Assembly: GCA_963823035.1 (NCBI GenBank)
Contig: CAWGKG010000012.1
Span: forward strand, 1-64,000
Origin: an uncultured Gemmatimonadales bacterium
GTDB lineage: Bacteria > Gemmatimonadota > Gemmatimonadetes > Longimicrobiales > Gaopeijiaceae
Length of the DNA stretch: 64,000 nucleotides
Direction of reading: 5' to 3'
The position numbers and the translations under genes are program-made. Positions 44,477-59,140 of the stretch are shown in pieces. How positions within the stretch are numbered: position 1 is the first letter of the stretch; every line of letters begins with the position of its first letter. Below the pieces are notes generated by a model. It saw nothing but the letters and a program-made list of their open reading frames with translations, ran no database searches and was not told the origin of the DNA.

Positions 44477-45283
44477 TCAGACGGGGACGTGCGCAATCGC
44501 TTCCATGAATTTGACCGCACGGCCGGCAATCTCGACCCGGTCGCGCCGGTCGCGGCAGAACAGCTCGCCACCGCGCTTCGATATCTGCAGGGCGTGGATA
44601 TCGGGCTTGCCCAGTTGCTGGGCCCAGTAGGGCACCAGCATGCAATGGGCCGAGCCGGTCACCGGATCCTCGTCGATGCCGTGGGCCGGCGCGAAGTAGC
44701 GCGAGACGCAGTCGGCCCGACTGTCCGCGGCCGGTGCAGTGCAGATGACACCAAGCCCCTCGGACCCCAACGCTGCCACCATCGCGCGGAAATCGGGCTG
44801 GAGCGCCGCGATTTCGGCTTCGCTCTCGAACACCATCAGCCAATTCTTTTCCTTCAGCACCGCGGCCGGACGCGCGCCCAACGCCTCGGTCAGGGCCTCG
44901 GACGCTTGGGCCGGGCGCAGCCTGGCCGAGGGAAAGTCGAGGGCGTAGAGGTCACCCGACCGCGACACCCCGAGCCGGCCGCTCCGCGTCTCGAAGACGA
45001 CCTCGTCGAGCTCATCATCGATCTCGGTCATCAGCACGAAGGCGGTCGCCAGCGTGGCGTGGCCACACAACGGCACCTCCACGGTCGGCGTGAACCAGCG
45101 CAGCTCGAACACGCCGTCCTCCTCGGCAGGACGGAAGAAGGCGGTTTCGGCCAGGTTGTTCTCGGCCGCGATCGCCTGCATGACCTCGTCCCTGAGCCAC
45201 TCCTCGAGCGGCATCACGGCGGCCGGGTTGCCCCGGAACAAGGAACCGGTGAAGGCGTCGATCTGGTAGAGTGGAAGGCGCAA
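44477..45283 (-). CDS. PhzF family epimerase/isomerase
   Basis: QIDAFT..F.GNPAAV, ETAF, LRWFTP..EV.LCGHATLA, EDPVTGSAH. Confidence 0.92.
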   Translation of the reverse strand: MRLPLYQIDAFTGSLFRGNPAAVMPLEEWLRDEVMQAIAAENNLAETAFFRPAEEDGVFELRWFTPTVEVPLCGHATLATAFVLMTEIDDELDEVVFETRSGRLGVSRSGDLYALDFPSARLRPAQASEALTEALGARPAAVLKEKNWLMVFESEAEIAALQPDFRAMVAALGSEGLGVICTAPAADSRADCVSRYFAPAHGIDEDPVTGSAHCMLVPYWAQQLGKPDIHALQISKRGGELFCRDRRDRVEIAGRAVKFMEAIAHVPV

Positions 45284-45306
45284 GGGTCTCTCCTGTGGCT
45301 GAAGGC

Positions 45307-46191
45307 TCAGGCGGCGGACGCCACCTCGTCCCGGCCCTCGCCGAAGCGTGCCTGTTCCCAGCCCAGGATCGCCTGCTTGCGATGCGGGCCGCTGGCGTAG
45401 TTGTGGAACGGGCCGGTCTTCAGGATGACACGGTGGCAGGGTATCACGAACGATACCGGGTTTTTCGCCACGGCCGACGCGGCGGCGCGCACCGCACGCA
45501 CGTTGCCGGCGCGCCGCGCGACGTCCTCATAGGACGTCACCATGGCGGGCGGAATACGCAGCAGTGCCTCCCACACCCGGATCTGGAAGTTGGTGCCACG
45601 CAGGTGGACCGTGATCGGATCGTCCGCGCCCGACATCGAGAAGATGCGGCGCACCATGGCGGCGGTGCCGGTGCGGTCCTCGACGACGGCGGCCTGGGGC
45701 CAACGCGCGGCGAGCCGCTCATGGGCCCAGCGGTCGTCGGCCGCGTCGGCCGGCCCGAAGGCGAGCCAGCACACGCCGCGCTCGGTCATGCCCAGGCTGC
45801 AGGGACCGAAGGACAAATCGTGGACGCCGTGGCGGATCACCAGACCCTCGCCGCCGCGCCGCACCTCGCCGGGGGTGACAGCCTCGGTCACGACAAAGAG
45901 GTCGTGCAAGCGCGACGGGCCCGACAGGCCCAATTCGAACGCGGTGTCGAGCACCGGCAGCGAGCGCTCCAGCAGGCCGCGGGCATAGTCGACCGTGAGG
46001 AACTGCAGGAAGCGCTTGGGGCTGATCCCGACCCAGCGGCGGAACAGGCGCTGGAAGTGGAAGGGCGAGAGCCCGACGTGGCGGGCGATCGCCTCCAGCT
46101 CCGGCTGGTCCTGGAAGTTCCCGTCGAGGAAGCGGATCGCCTGCTCGATCTTGATGTAGTCCGGGGTCTGGAGGGCGCTGGCCATGGTCAT
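45307..46191 (-). CDS. AraC-HTH plus methylated-DNA-protein-cysteine methyltransferase (Ada-like)
   Basis: LSPFHFQRLFRRWVGISPKRF, GTNFQ..VW.AL..IP, IPCHRV. Confidence 0.92.
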   Translation of the reverse strand: MTMASALQTPDYIKIEQAIRFLDGNFQDQPELEAIARHVGLSPFHFQRLFRRWVGISPKRFLQFLTVDYARGLLERSLPVLDTAFELGLSGPSRLHDLFVVTEAVTPGEVRRGGEGLVIRHGVHDLSFGPCSLGMTERGVCWLAFGPADAADDRWAHERLAARWPQAAVVEDRTGTAAMVRRIFSMSGADDPITVHLRGTNFQIRVWEALLRIPPAMVTSYEDVARRAGNVRAVRAAASAVAKNPVSFVIPCHRVILKTGPFHNYASGPHRKQAILGWEQARFGEGRDEVASAA

Positions 46192-46268
46192 GCCTCGTGG
46201 GGTGTCACGGTAGGATTTCGCAACGTAGGCATGGCCGGAACGGGCGGCGACCCGGTTCTTGCGCACGC

Positions 46269-46796
46269 TCAGCCCCCCGCCTCGCGCAGGAAATAGAGCA
46301 GGTCGAGCGGCGGCGGCGCGACCGTCGTCTGCGACAGCAGGCCGTGGACCTGGCCGCGATGATGGGTCTGGTGGTTGAACATGTGCCACAGCACCTGGCG
46401 CAACGGCGTGACCTGCGGCTCGCCGCGCGTGGTGCTGTAGGCGAGGTCGCCGGCAAGGTCGGCATCGCCTAGGCCGTCGGCATGGTCGACCAGCCGCCGG
46501 TCCGTCTCGATGCGCGCCGTCGTCAGGCTCGCGAGGTCGGCATAGAGTTCCTCGTCGAGCCGCAGGATCTCTGGCACGCCGACGATCCGGCCGAACCAGA
46601 TCCGGTCGGCCACCAGGATGTGGTTCAGCGTCCGATGGATCGAGCCGAAGAAGCTTGCCCGCGGTGCCAGATAGTCGGCCTCGGGCAGTTCCGCACAGGC
46701 CGCGTAGAGCCTGCGGTTCGCCCACATGTTGTAGCGGGCGAACACCGCCGGGTGGTCGTGCGCCCTGTCCCCGGGCAAGGTCGCGGGCTCGGACAT
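46269..46796 (-). CDS. DinB family protein
   Basis: YN.WAN.RLY, FFGSIH.TLNHIL..D..W, HMFNHQTHHRGQ. Confidence 0.92.
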   Translation of the reverse strand: MSEPATLPGDRAHDHPAVFARYNMWANRRLYAACAELPEADYLAPRASFFGSIHRTLNHILVADRIWFGRIVGVPEILRLDEELYADLASLTTARIETDRRLVDHADGLGDADLAGDLAYSTTRGEPQVTPLRQVLWHMFNHQTHHRGQVHGLLSQTTVAPPPLDLLYFLREAGG

Positions 46797-47030
46797 TCAG
46801 GCCCTCCAGAACGGCTTGCGCCCCTCGCGCCAGGCCTCGCAGCGACCGATCCCCATGTCGCTCAGCATGCGGTCGTCCATGGCGAGCAGCCGCTGCCGGT
46901 TGGCGTAGCGTGCCTGCCATGTGTAGAGCGTGTCCGGCAGGGCGGCAATGCGCACGACGACCCGCTGCCACGCGGTCGACGCCGCGCGCTGGGCGTGGTG
47001 GGCGACATGGTGGTGGGCGGTCGTGGTCAT
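46797..47030 (-). CDS. DUF1127 small protein
   Basis: W..R...RQRLLAMDDRMLSDMGI.R.EA..E..KPFWR. Confidence 0.85.
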   Translation of the reverse strand: MTTTAHHHVAHHAQRAASTAWQRVVVRIAALPDTLYTWQARYANRQRLLAMDDRMLSDMGIGRCEAWREGRKPFWRA

Positions 47031-47110
47031 GGGTCGTCTCCTTGCAGGTTGTCGCCACCAGATGCTCCCCGCGGGGGCAGGTGGCGACCCGCTTCTTGCG
47101 GGTCCGGTGC

Positions 47111-47206
47111 ATCGATACAATCCTCATGCAACTTCATATTGTATCGATTGTTTTGATATCTCACTTGACATGAGTGGCTTCAATCGAAACATTGTCCCCA
47201 TGACAA
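47111..47206. promoter_or_regulatory. Divergent promoter/operator region for MocR and the DUF1127 operon
   Basis: ATCGATACAAT-N16-ATTGTATCGAT; TTGACA (47165)-N17-AACATT; TTGTC-N5-GACAA across the ATG. Confidence 0.65.
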
Positions 47207-48615
47207 GTTTGTCGTGGCAGCCCGAACTCGACGGCATCGACGGCCCGCGCTACCTGGCGCTGGCCGAGGCGCTGGAGCGCGACGTGGCCTCGGGACGGCT
47301 GGCGCCGGGCACGCGCCTGCCGACCCATCGCGAGCTTGCCTGGCAGCTCGGCGTCACCGTCGGCACGGTGAGCCGCGGCTATGCCGAGGCGACGCGGCGC
47401 GGCCTGATTTCCGGCGAGGTCGGACGCGGCACCTTCGTCCAGGTCGACGCCGGCGGCTCGATCCGCGCCACGCCGATGGTCTGGCCGAGTTCCGACGCAA
47501 TCGGCCGCAACACCATCAACCTGGCGACCAACGCGCCGCCGATCGCCGGACAGGAGCGGCTGCTGGCCGACGAGATGGCCGCGCTCGCCGCCGACCCGCG
47601 GCTCGCGGCCCACCTCACCTACCCGCCCAACCTGGCGCGCACCGACGTCCGCCAGGCAGCGGCGGACTGGCTGGCCGAAACCACGGGCATGGAGTATCCG
47701 GCCGAGCGCGTGTTCATCACGGCCGGTGCCCAGAATGCCCTGATGGTCGCCATCCACCTCTCGCTGCGGCCGGGCGACACCATGCTGGTGGAGCGCCTGA
47801 CCTATCCCGGCATCAAGGCGGTCGCGCGTACCATGCAGGTGCGGCTTGCCGGCATCGACATGGACGCCGACGGCATGTTGCCCGAGCGCTGGACGCGGCC
47901 TGCCGAACGTCGACCGCCGGGCCTGATCTGCTGCGTGCCCACGGTGCAGAATCCGACCGGGAGCGTGATGGGCGAGGAGCGTCGCCGCGCCATCGCCGAG
48001 GTCGCCGACCGCCACGGCGTGCCGGTCCTGGAGGACGGCATCTACGACTTCCTCGCCGGCCACGAGCCACGGCCCCTGATGCGCCAAGCGACGACGCCGG
48101 GCTTCTTCGCGACGAGCCTTTCCAAGATGCGTCTCGCCCGCGCTGCGCACCGGCATTCTGGTCGCGCCGCCCGGCGTGACCAATGAGGCGACCCGCATCA
48201 TGGCAGCGAGCTGCCTGCACGCGCCCCTGCTGATGACCGAACTCGCCCGGCGCTGGATGACGTCCGGGCGTGTCGCCGAGTCCGCCGCACTGGTGCGGGG
48301 CGAGGCGCTCGCCCGCCAGGCGATCGCACGCCAGCGGCTGAAAGGCCTGGAGTTGAAGGCCCACCCGGCCGGCTTCCACACCTGGCTGACCCTGCCCGAC
48401 CCCTGGCGTCCGGTCGATTTCGCCCGCGCCGCCGAGGCGCGGGGTGTGACCCTCACGCCGGCCGAAATCCTTCGCCATCGGGCGCGACCCGGCACCCTTC
48501 GCCGTGCGCCTGTCACTCACCGGCGCCGCCACGCGGGCCGATCTGGAGCACAGCCTGGACGTCGTCGCCGAGCTGGCGCGCCAGACCCCGGAGCCGTTTC
48601 GCGCCGTCGATCTAG
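47200..48615 (+). CDS. MocR/GabR family (GntR HTH plus PLP aminotransferase) regulator
   Basis: RLPTHRELA..LGVTVGTVSRGY.EA..RGLI.GEVGRGTFV, QNPTG, SLSK. Confidence 0.92.
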
Positions 48616-48813
48616 TCGTGACGGCATCCGCGCGACGGCACAATTTCGCCCGAATTGCGGCCTGACCAAATCCGCGCGCCCGGCCTTCGTCGTCGGCCCG
48701 TTCGGGGTCGCCTGCCTCCCGGCACGAGACACACGCCGTGAAGCCGGCGGCACGGGCTCCGTCGTCGTGTATGGTTGGGTCGCGATTTGGTGTCGCCCGT
48801 CCGGGAGAGCAAC

Positions 48814-49961
48814 GTGCGCAACGTGATCCTGTTCCTGATCGCCTTCGTCCTGCCGGGTGCCGGCATGGCCTGGGCGCAGTCCTCCGACGTCTGGCTTTCG
48901 ACCCCCTACCCCGCGATGACCGCAGCCTCCGGCGAGGAGCTGGTGGTCGACGTCACCGTCCACAACGATGGCAAGATCGCGCACCGCGTCGACCTCGGCG
49001 TCGACAAGGTGCCCGACGGCTGGACCGCGACCTACATGGGCGACGGCCGGCCGATCGGGGCCATGATCGTCGACCCGGGCAAGACGACGACGGCGGAGCT
49101 TCACATCTCGCCGCCGGCCGACATCTCCGAGGGCTCCTACAGAATGGTCGCGACGGCGGTGGCTGACGGCACGCCGCTCAACCTGCCGCTCGACATCTCG
49201 CTGGCGGCCTCGCTGCCGCCAAGCTGGTGCTCTCCACCGACTTCCCGTCGATCAAGGGCGTCCCGACGGCCAACTTCACCTATCGCATCACGATCGCCAA
49301 CAAGGGCGGCAAGCAGGCGCTGGTCAACATCAGCGTCGACGCGCCGCAGAACTTCAAGACCACGGTGACCGAGCAGTACGGCGGCCACCAGCTGACCAGC
49401 GTCGCGGTAGACCCGGGCGCGACCAAGAGCGTCGACATCAAGGTCGAGCCGCCGCGCAACACCGAGGCCGGCAAGTACAACCTCGTCGTCCACGCCCAGT
49501 CGGGCGCCTCGGAGGCAAGCCAGAACCTGGAGATGGACGTCGCCGGCGTCGCCGACCTCTCGATCGCGACGACGACCGACGTGTTCAGCACCGACGCCGT
49601 CGCCGGCAAGGACACGCCGCTCAAGGTCATCGTCGCCAACAACGGCAGCGACAAGGCCCAGCCGGTCAGCCTGCACGCAGTCCAGCCCAACGGCTGGAAG
49701 GTCGTCTTCCAGCCCGAGCGCATCAACTCGCTGGCGGCAGGCGACCGCGCCGAGGTCACCGCCGTGGTGACGCCGCCCGACGGCGCCCTTGCCGGCGACT
49801 ACATCGTCAAGCTGCAGGCGGTCTCGGGGCCCGCCTCCGACACCAAGGAGTTCCGCATCACGATCCGGCCGTCGAGCTTCTGGGGCTTCATCGGCGTCGG
49901 CATCATCGCGCTGGCGGTGCTGGTCCTGCTCGCCGCGATCTGGCGCTTCGGGCGGCGATGA
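48814..49961 (+). CDS. NEW3-domain (Ig-like repeat) exported protein with C-terminal membrane anchor, one frameshift
   Basis: Signal peptide; LSTPYP / LSTDFP repeat starts, VPDGW, QPNGW.V.F.P; C-terminal TM then RFGRR. Confidence 0.8.
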
Positions 49962-50901
49962 GCGGCGAACCGGTCATCCGCCTCGCGAACGTCACCAAGC
50001 GCTACGGCCGCAACGTCGCGGTCGACGATCTGAGCCTGGAGGTGCGCGAGGGCGAGGTGTTCGGACTGCTTGGGCCCAACGGCTCGGGCAAGACGACCAC
50101 CATCCTGCTGGTCATGGGGCTGACCGACCGGACCAGCGGGACGGTCGAGGTGCTCGGTCACGACACGACGCGCCAGACCCTGACGGTCAAGCGCCTGGTC
50201 GGCTACATGCCTGAATTCGCTGGGCTTCTATGACGCTATGACGGCACGCCAGAACATGCGCTACATCGGTCGCCTGACCGGACAGGGCGGCAGCGCCCTG
50301 GAGGACGCGATCGAGACGGCGCTGGTCGAGGTCGAACTCGCCGACGTCGCAGACAAGCGGGTCAAGACCTTCTCCCGCGGCATGCGCCAGCGCCTGGGCT
50401 TCGCCGAGATCCTGCTGAAGAAGCCGAAGGTGGCGATCCTGGACGAGCCGACCAGCGGTCTCGACCCCGAGGCGGTGCACCGCTTCCTGGCCCTCGTGCG
50501 CAAGCTCAAGGACAGCGGTACGACCGTGGTGCTGTCCTCTCACCTGCTCGACCAGGTCCAGTCGGTCTGCGACCGGGTCGCGCTGTTCCATGCCGGGCGC
50601 ATCATCCTGGATGGCCGCGTCGACGAGATTGCACGCCAGGTCCTGGGCGACATCCAGCGCTTCCGGGTCGAGGGCAGCGGCCACGGTCTGGAGGGCAAGC
50701 TCGCGGCGATCGACGGCGTGGTGAAGGTCGAGCCGACGGGCCACGAGTCCTTCCGGGTCGACGCCAAGGCCGACGTGCGTCAACCGATCGTCGCCATGTT
50801 CTCGCGCGCCGGCTACGAACTCGAGGAGTCTCAGCATGGTCGAGCCGAGTCTCGACGAGGTCTATCGCCGGGTCTTCGAGGAGAAGCGCCATGCAGCGTG
50901 A
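49958..50901 (+). CDS. ABC transporter ATP-binding protein, frameshifted
   Basis: [32 protein letters not shown]. Confidence 0.93.
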
Positions 50902-51850
50902 GGGGTCTGCCGTCTCCGGCCTGGGCGTCGTCTTCGCCAAGGAGTTCGGCGACAACCTGATGAGCGCGAGGATGCGCCTGCTGCTCGTGCTCGTCCTGCT
51001 GATTCTGGTCGCCGCGATCTACACCGCTCTGGGCTTCACCAAGCAACCCGACCAGATCGGGCCCTTCGCCTTCCTGGCCATGTTCACCGAGGCGCGTGAC
51101 CCGGTGCCCTCGATGATGTCCCTGCTCGGCTTCCTGATCCCGATCGGGGCAATCACACTGGGCTTCAATTCGGTCAACAGCGAGCGGAACCGGCGCACCC
51201 TGAGCCGCATCCTGGCCCAGCCGATCTACCGGGACGCATTGCTGATCGGCAAGTTCCTGGCCGGACTGACGACCATCGGCCTGGCGCTGATCGTGCTGTG
51301 GCTGCTGGTCGCCGGCTCGTCCATCCTGGTGCTCGGCATCCCGCCTTCGGGCAACGAGGCGATCCGCGCCGCCGCCTTCCTGCTGGTCAGCATCGCCTAT
51401 GGCGGCGTCTGGCTGGCGCTCGCGATGCTGTTCTCGACCTTCATCCCCCAGGCCGCAACCTCGGCGCTCGCCGCCCTCGCCCTGTGGCTGGTGATGGCGG
51501 TGTTCTGGACCATGGCGGCCCAGTTCATCGCGCTGGCCGTGCACACGCCGAGTGGCATCCCGCAGCTCGACCAGCTTCAGGTCCTGTTCCTGCAGCAGGA
51601 CATCTCGCGTTTCTCGCCCAACACGCTCTACAGCGAGGCGGCTGTCGCTCTGCTGCACCCGTCGGTGCACACGCTCGACATGAAACAGATGTTCTTCGCG
51701 CAGGTGCCGGGCGCGGTGCTCGGCGAGCCGCTGCCGCTGATCGACAGCCTGGTCATCATCTGGCCCCAGATCACCGGTCTGGTGGCTGCCACCATCGTGC
51801 TCTTCACCATGAGCTACACGATCTTCCAGCGCCAGGAAGTGCGCGCCTGA
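50891..51850 (+). CDS. ABC-2 type permease
   Basis: KEFGD, GFNSVNSER..RTLSRILAQPIYRD.LL.GKF, FQRQEVRA. Confidence 0.9.
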   Translation: MQREGSAVSGLGVVFAKEFGDNLMSARMRLLLVLVLLILVAAIYTALGFTKQPDQIGPFAFLAMFTEARDPVPSMMSLLGFLIPIGAITLGFNSVNSERNRRTLSRILAQPIYRDALLIGKFLAGLTTIGLALIVLWLLVAGSSILVLGIPPSGNEAIRAAAFLLVSIAYGGVWLALAMLFSTFIPQAATSALAALALWLVMAVFWTMAAQFIALAVHTPSGIPQLDQLQVLFLQQDISRFSPNTLYSEAAVALLHPSVHTLDMKQMFFAQVPGAVLGEPLPLIDSLVIIWPQITGLVAATIVLFTMSYTIFQRQEVRA

Positions 51851-51877
51851 GGCGATCTCCCGCCGGCGCGGGCGGGA

Positions 51878-53250
<1,373 letters not shown>

Positions 53251-53254
<4 letters not shown>

Positions 53255-54410
53255 GTCGCTCCAGCCCTGTCCTTCGACCGCGCCGCCAGTACGGCAAGCC
53301 GCCTGCGCGGCGTGTCGGCCACATCGTGCGACGCCGCAGAATCTGCCACGCGCCGCGCGCAGTCCGGCCAGCGCCAGCGGCCAGCGCTGCCGCCGCAGCC
53401 GCGCTGTGGCCCGCGACGGCCTGCGCCGGCGAGCCGGCCGATGAAGCTCTTGCGCGACGCGCCGAGCAGGACCGCGCAGCCGAGCCCGTGGAACAGCGCC
53501 AGGTCGCGCAACAGCGCCAGGTTGTGCTCGAGCGGTCTTGCCGAAGCCGATGCCCGGGATCGACGGCGATGCGCGTCACGCGCGATGCCGGCCGCCTCGC
53601 AGGCCGCGATGCGGGCCTCCAGGTAGTCGAAGACGTCGAGCGCGACATGGTCGTAGGCCGGCGCGTCCTGCATGGTGCGCGGGTCGCCCGGGCGTGCATC
53701 AGGACGACGCGGCACGCCGCTGCGCGCGACCAGATCGAGGCTGGCCGGATCGTGGGTCAGCGCGCTGACGTCGTTGACGATCGCCGCGCCGGCATCGAGC
53801 GCCGCCGCCATCACCGCGGCGTTGCGGCTGTCGATCGAGAGCCGGGCGCCGCAGCCGGCGAGCCGCCCGATCGCCGGCACGACGCGGCGCATTTCCTCGG
53901 CCTCGGTCGACCGGATCGGCGCCAGGCCGCGTCGATTCGCCGCCGATATCGAGGATGGCGGCGCCTGCCGCGACCATGGCGCGGCCGCGGGCCATCGGCG
54001 TCGCCGGGGTCATGCGCATCGCCGCCGTCGGAGAAGCTGTCGGGCGTGACGTTGACGATGCCCATGATCGGCCGCCGCATCGAGCGCCAGCCCGGCGACA
54101 GGCGGGCGCGGCGCGCTCGAAGCGCGCAGCAGCGCGACGATCCGCTGCGCCATGGTCTCCGGCAGGGTCGCGGCCCAGGCCGCGACCTCGCCGGCAGTCG
54201 ACGCGCGACCGCGCTCGACCGCGTCGACATGCCGGATCAGGACCTCGACGCGGCTGAAGCCCGGCCGTCGCGCCCGCGAGCGCATGCGCCGGCCGCACCT
54301 GCCGTCGGTTGCGGGGCGCGTCCGGCAGCGGCTTGACGATAGATCCGACGTCGCCGTCGCGAGCTGCTCGCGGCAGGCCCGGCAGCGCGACGACGGGCAA
54401 GGCGCGGTGG

Positions 54411-54414
<4 letters not shown>
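53251..54414 (-). CDS. folP: Dihydropteroate synthase with N-terminal extension; start approximate
   Basis: [41 protein letters not shown]. Confidence 0.92.
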
Positions 54415-56364
<1,950 letters not shown>

Positions 56365-56449
56365 GGCAGTCCTCGTTCCTCGCAGGCTCTCTGCGGCCCG
56401 CTATCCTAGCACGGCAACGGCAGCGCGCCATGGTCAGTTGCCCGTGCCG

Positions 56450-57726
56450 CTTCCGTCCAGCCGATTGAAAACGGCACCGGAGAAAGGGCCTGACGCGGCG
56501 CAAGACGCGCGAGGCAGTTCGGGACGGAATCAAGCGCACAAAGCCAAGGTGGGGAACCGCGACAAGCCCTTCAAGGTCGGAAAACGCCGGCAAGGCCAAG
56601 GCAGCGGCGGGCAGCGGGCGCTCCGTGCCCGCCATCGCGGCGACCAGGCGGCGCGCGGCGGCAGCACCCAGCGGTCCGACCCGCAGGCCGCCGGCCCCCG
56701 CAGTGACGAAAAGCGGCCGTCCCAGAGTTGCGGTACACCCGCCGCGAGAGGCACGTCCGTTGCCGCATGGCGCAGCTCGCGCGTCACGAGGATGTGAGCG
56801 GCATCACCGCGCCAGTGGCAGCCGCCCAGGGTCGTCGCGAGCGGACCGCCGCCGACAATCGCGTCGGCCAGGCGCCCGAGCGCACGCCCGCGCGGTGCGT
56901 ACTCCGCACCACCGACACAGAGCGCGAACCGCGCCAGCACCGCCATCCGGCTCGCCCGGTCGAGGCGGTGCCAGCGCGCCCGGTCAAGCTGCCCGGCGCC
57001 GAAGCAGTCAAGCGAGGCGACCTCGGCCAAAGCGCCGGCGAGCGCCGTTTCGGCCGCGACGCGCGCTTCGCCCACCGTCGGATCGGCCGGCGCGGCGCCG
57101 CCCGCGAGGCGCAGCCGGGCACGGGCGAAACGCGGATCCCGGTTCATCGGGTCCTCGACCCAGTCGAGGCCATGGACCTGGACGGTCGCGACCAGGCGCG
57201 CCTTGGCGACCGGCAGCAGCGGTCGCAGCACGCGGAGACCGGCGCGCTCGACGCAGGACGACATGCCGGCAAGGCCCGCTGGGCCACTTGCCATGTCGCA
57301 GCGCAGGGCGACGGTCTCGGCCTGGTCGTCGGCATGGTGGGCGAGCAGGAGGTGGAGGATGCCACGCTCCACGCAGGCCCGCTCAAGCAGCGCGTGACGC
57401 GCCCGGCGCGCCGCCGCCTCGATCCCGCTGACCGGCCGGGCACCCTGCCAGACAAGGATTCCGGCCTCGACGCCGAGCGCCGCACAGCGCCCGGCGACCA
57501 GACGCGCCTCGTCGCTCGAGTCCGGCCGCAGGCGATGATCCACGATCAGCGCGACGGCCGCCCCCCCGCGAGCCGTGGCCCAGCGCGAGGCCAGCAGCGC
57601 GAGCGCCATGCTGTCGGCACCGCCCGAGACGGCCAGCGCCAGGCGCGGCGCCGGCTCGAACGGGCCCATCGCCGCCATCAGCCCGGCAAAGGCTTCGTCG
57701 TCGAGCGGCAGGGAGCGGCTGATCAT
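56450..57726 (-). CDS. tilS: tRNA(Ile)-lysidine synthetase; 3' end approximate
   Basis: AVSGGADS, VDH.LR, AHHADDQAET, RPLL, EDP.N. Confidence 0.92.
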
Positions 57727-57784
57727 GACGCCGCCATGGTGGGGCGCACCGGCGTTCAGGGCAACGCCACGACCTGCACCATGG

Positions 57785-58304
57785 TCATGACAGGACCAGC
57801 ACGCCGCGCCGGTTCTTGGCCCAGGCCTCCTCGGTATGGCCCTCGATCGCCGGGCGCTCCTTGCCGTAGCTGATGGTGCCGATGCGGCTGCCGTCGATGC
57901 CGAGCGCGATCAGCACGTTGCGGATCGCATTGGCGCGCCGGTCGCCGAGCGCCAGGTTGTACTCGACGCGTGCCGCGCTCGTCGCAATGGCCCTCGATGA
58001 AGACGGCGACCGAGGGGAACTGCTGCATCCAGGCCGCCCAGTCGCGGATCAGGGTCTCGGCCTCGGGGCGCACGACCGAGCTGTCGTAGTCGAACAGGAC
58101 CGTGTCGCCGTAGGCCGTGCGCAAATATCCGATGGTCGGCTGCGGGCTGGTCACCACGTCGCCGGGCGGCTGCGCGACGACCCCGCCGGCAGCTCCGCCG
58201 GAGCTGTCACCGCCACCGGCCACGTCGCCGGACAGCTCGCTGGGCGTCTGGCAGGCCGTCACGACGAAAAGCATGGCTATCATCAGGTAGAGCTTGCGTT
58301 GCAT
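57785..58304 (-). CDS. Pal-like OmpA-domain lipoprotein (third copy)
   Basis: VTAC lipobox; [36 protein letters not shown]. Confidence 0.88.
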
Positions 58305-58470
58305 GTCGTACCCTCCTCCCGGGCGAAACGTCCGGCACCGCCCTGCCCCGGGCCCCGTCCACCCGTGGCAGCACGCCGGACGTGACCGTTTTCGCCCGCG
58401 GGTGAGCCCGGAGCGCGGCGGAAGTCGGGCGGAAATGTGAAGTGCGCGAAAAATCCGGCGCGACGCCGGA

Positions 58471-58970
58471 TCAGCCGGGGCTGAGGACCACGCGCCGGTT
58501 CTGGGACCAGGCCACCTCGTCATGTGCCTGCCACGCGCCGGCTTTTCCTTGCCGTAACTGATGGTGGCGATGCGCGCGGGATCGATGCCCAGCGCTACCA
58601 GAAGGTCCTTCACGGCGGCGGCACGGCGCTCGCCCAGGGCGAGGTTGTATTCCCGGCTGCCACGCTCGTCGCAATGGCCTGCGACAACGATGTCAATGTC
58701 GGGATAGCGCGCCAGGGCATCGGCCCAGGTACGGATCGTGTCGCGCGCAGCCTGGTCCAGCGTGGCGCTGTCGAACGCGAAGAAAACGCGGTCCGTCGTG
58801 CCCAGCGCGGCGGCGAAGTTGGCGTAGATGTCGGGCTGGTCGCCGGCGCTCGCGCCGAACTCACCGAGGTCGCCCTGCGTGCTGTAGTCGACGACGAGGT
58901 CGGACGACGACTGGGCGCAGGCGGCAAGCCCGAGCATGGCCACTGCAAGTCCGATCAGAACCAGACGCAT
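58471..58970 (-). CDS. Pal-like OmpA-domain lipoprotein (second copy)
   Basis: LAAC lipobox; [35 protein letters not shown]. Confidence 0.88.
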
Positions 58971-59140
58971 CGCGTTCGTCCTCCTCCGCTGGCATCCGCG
59001 ACGGCGGCTTGGCCGCACGGAACTGGCGCCTCGGAGGATTCATGGCTCAAAACGGCGGAGGATTCACCTGTCGATTGCCGCGACCCAATGGCGGATCGAG
59101 GCGGTCTGGCGGAAGAATTCCGTCCCGGATCGATCCGACC

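Noticed and set aside
57756..59018. 420-aa ORF suggesting a double-OmpA-domain fusion
   Set aside because: The second unit has its own strong SD, ATG and lipobox; read-through comes from a frameshift near 58535
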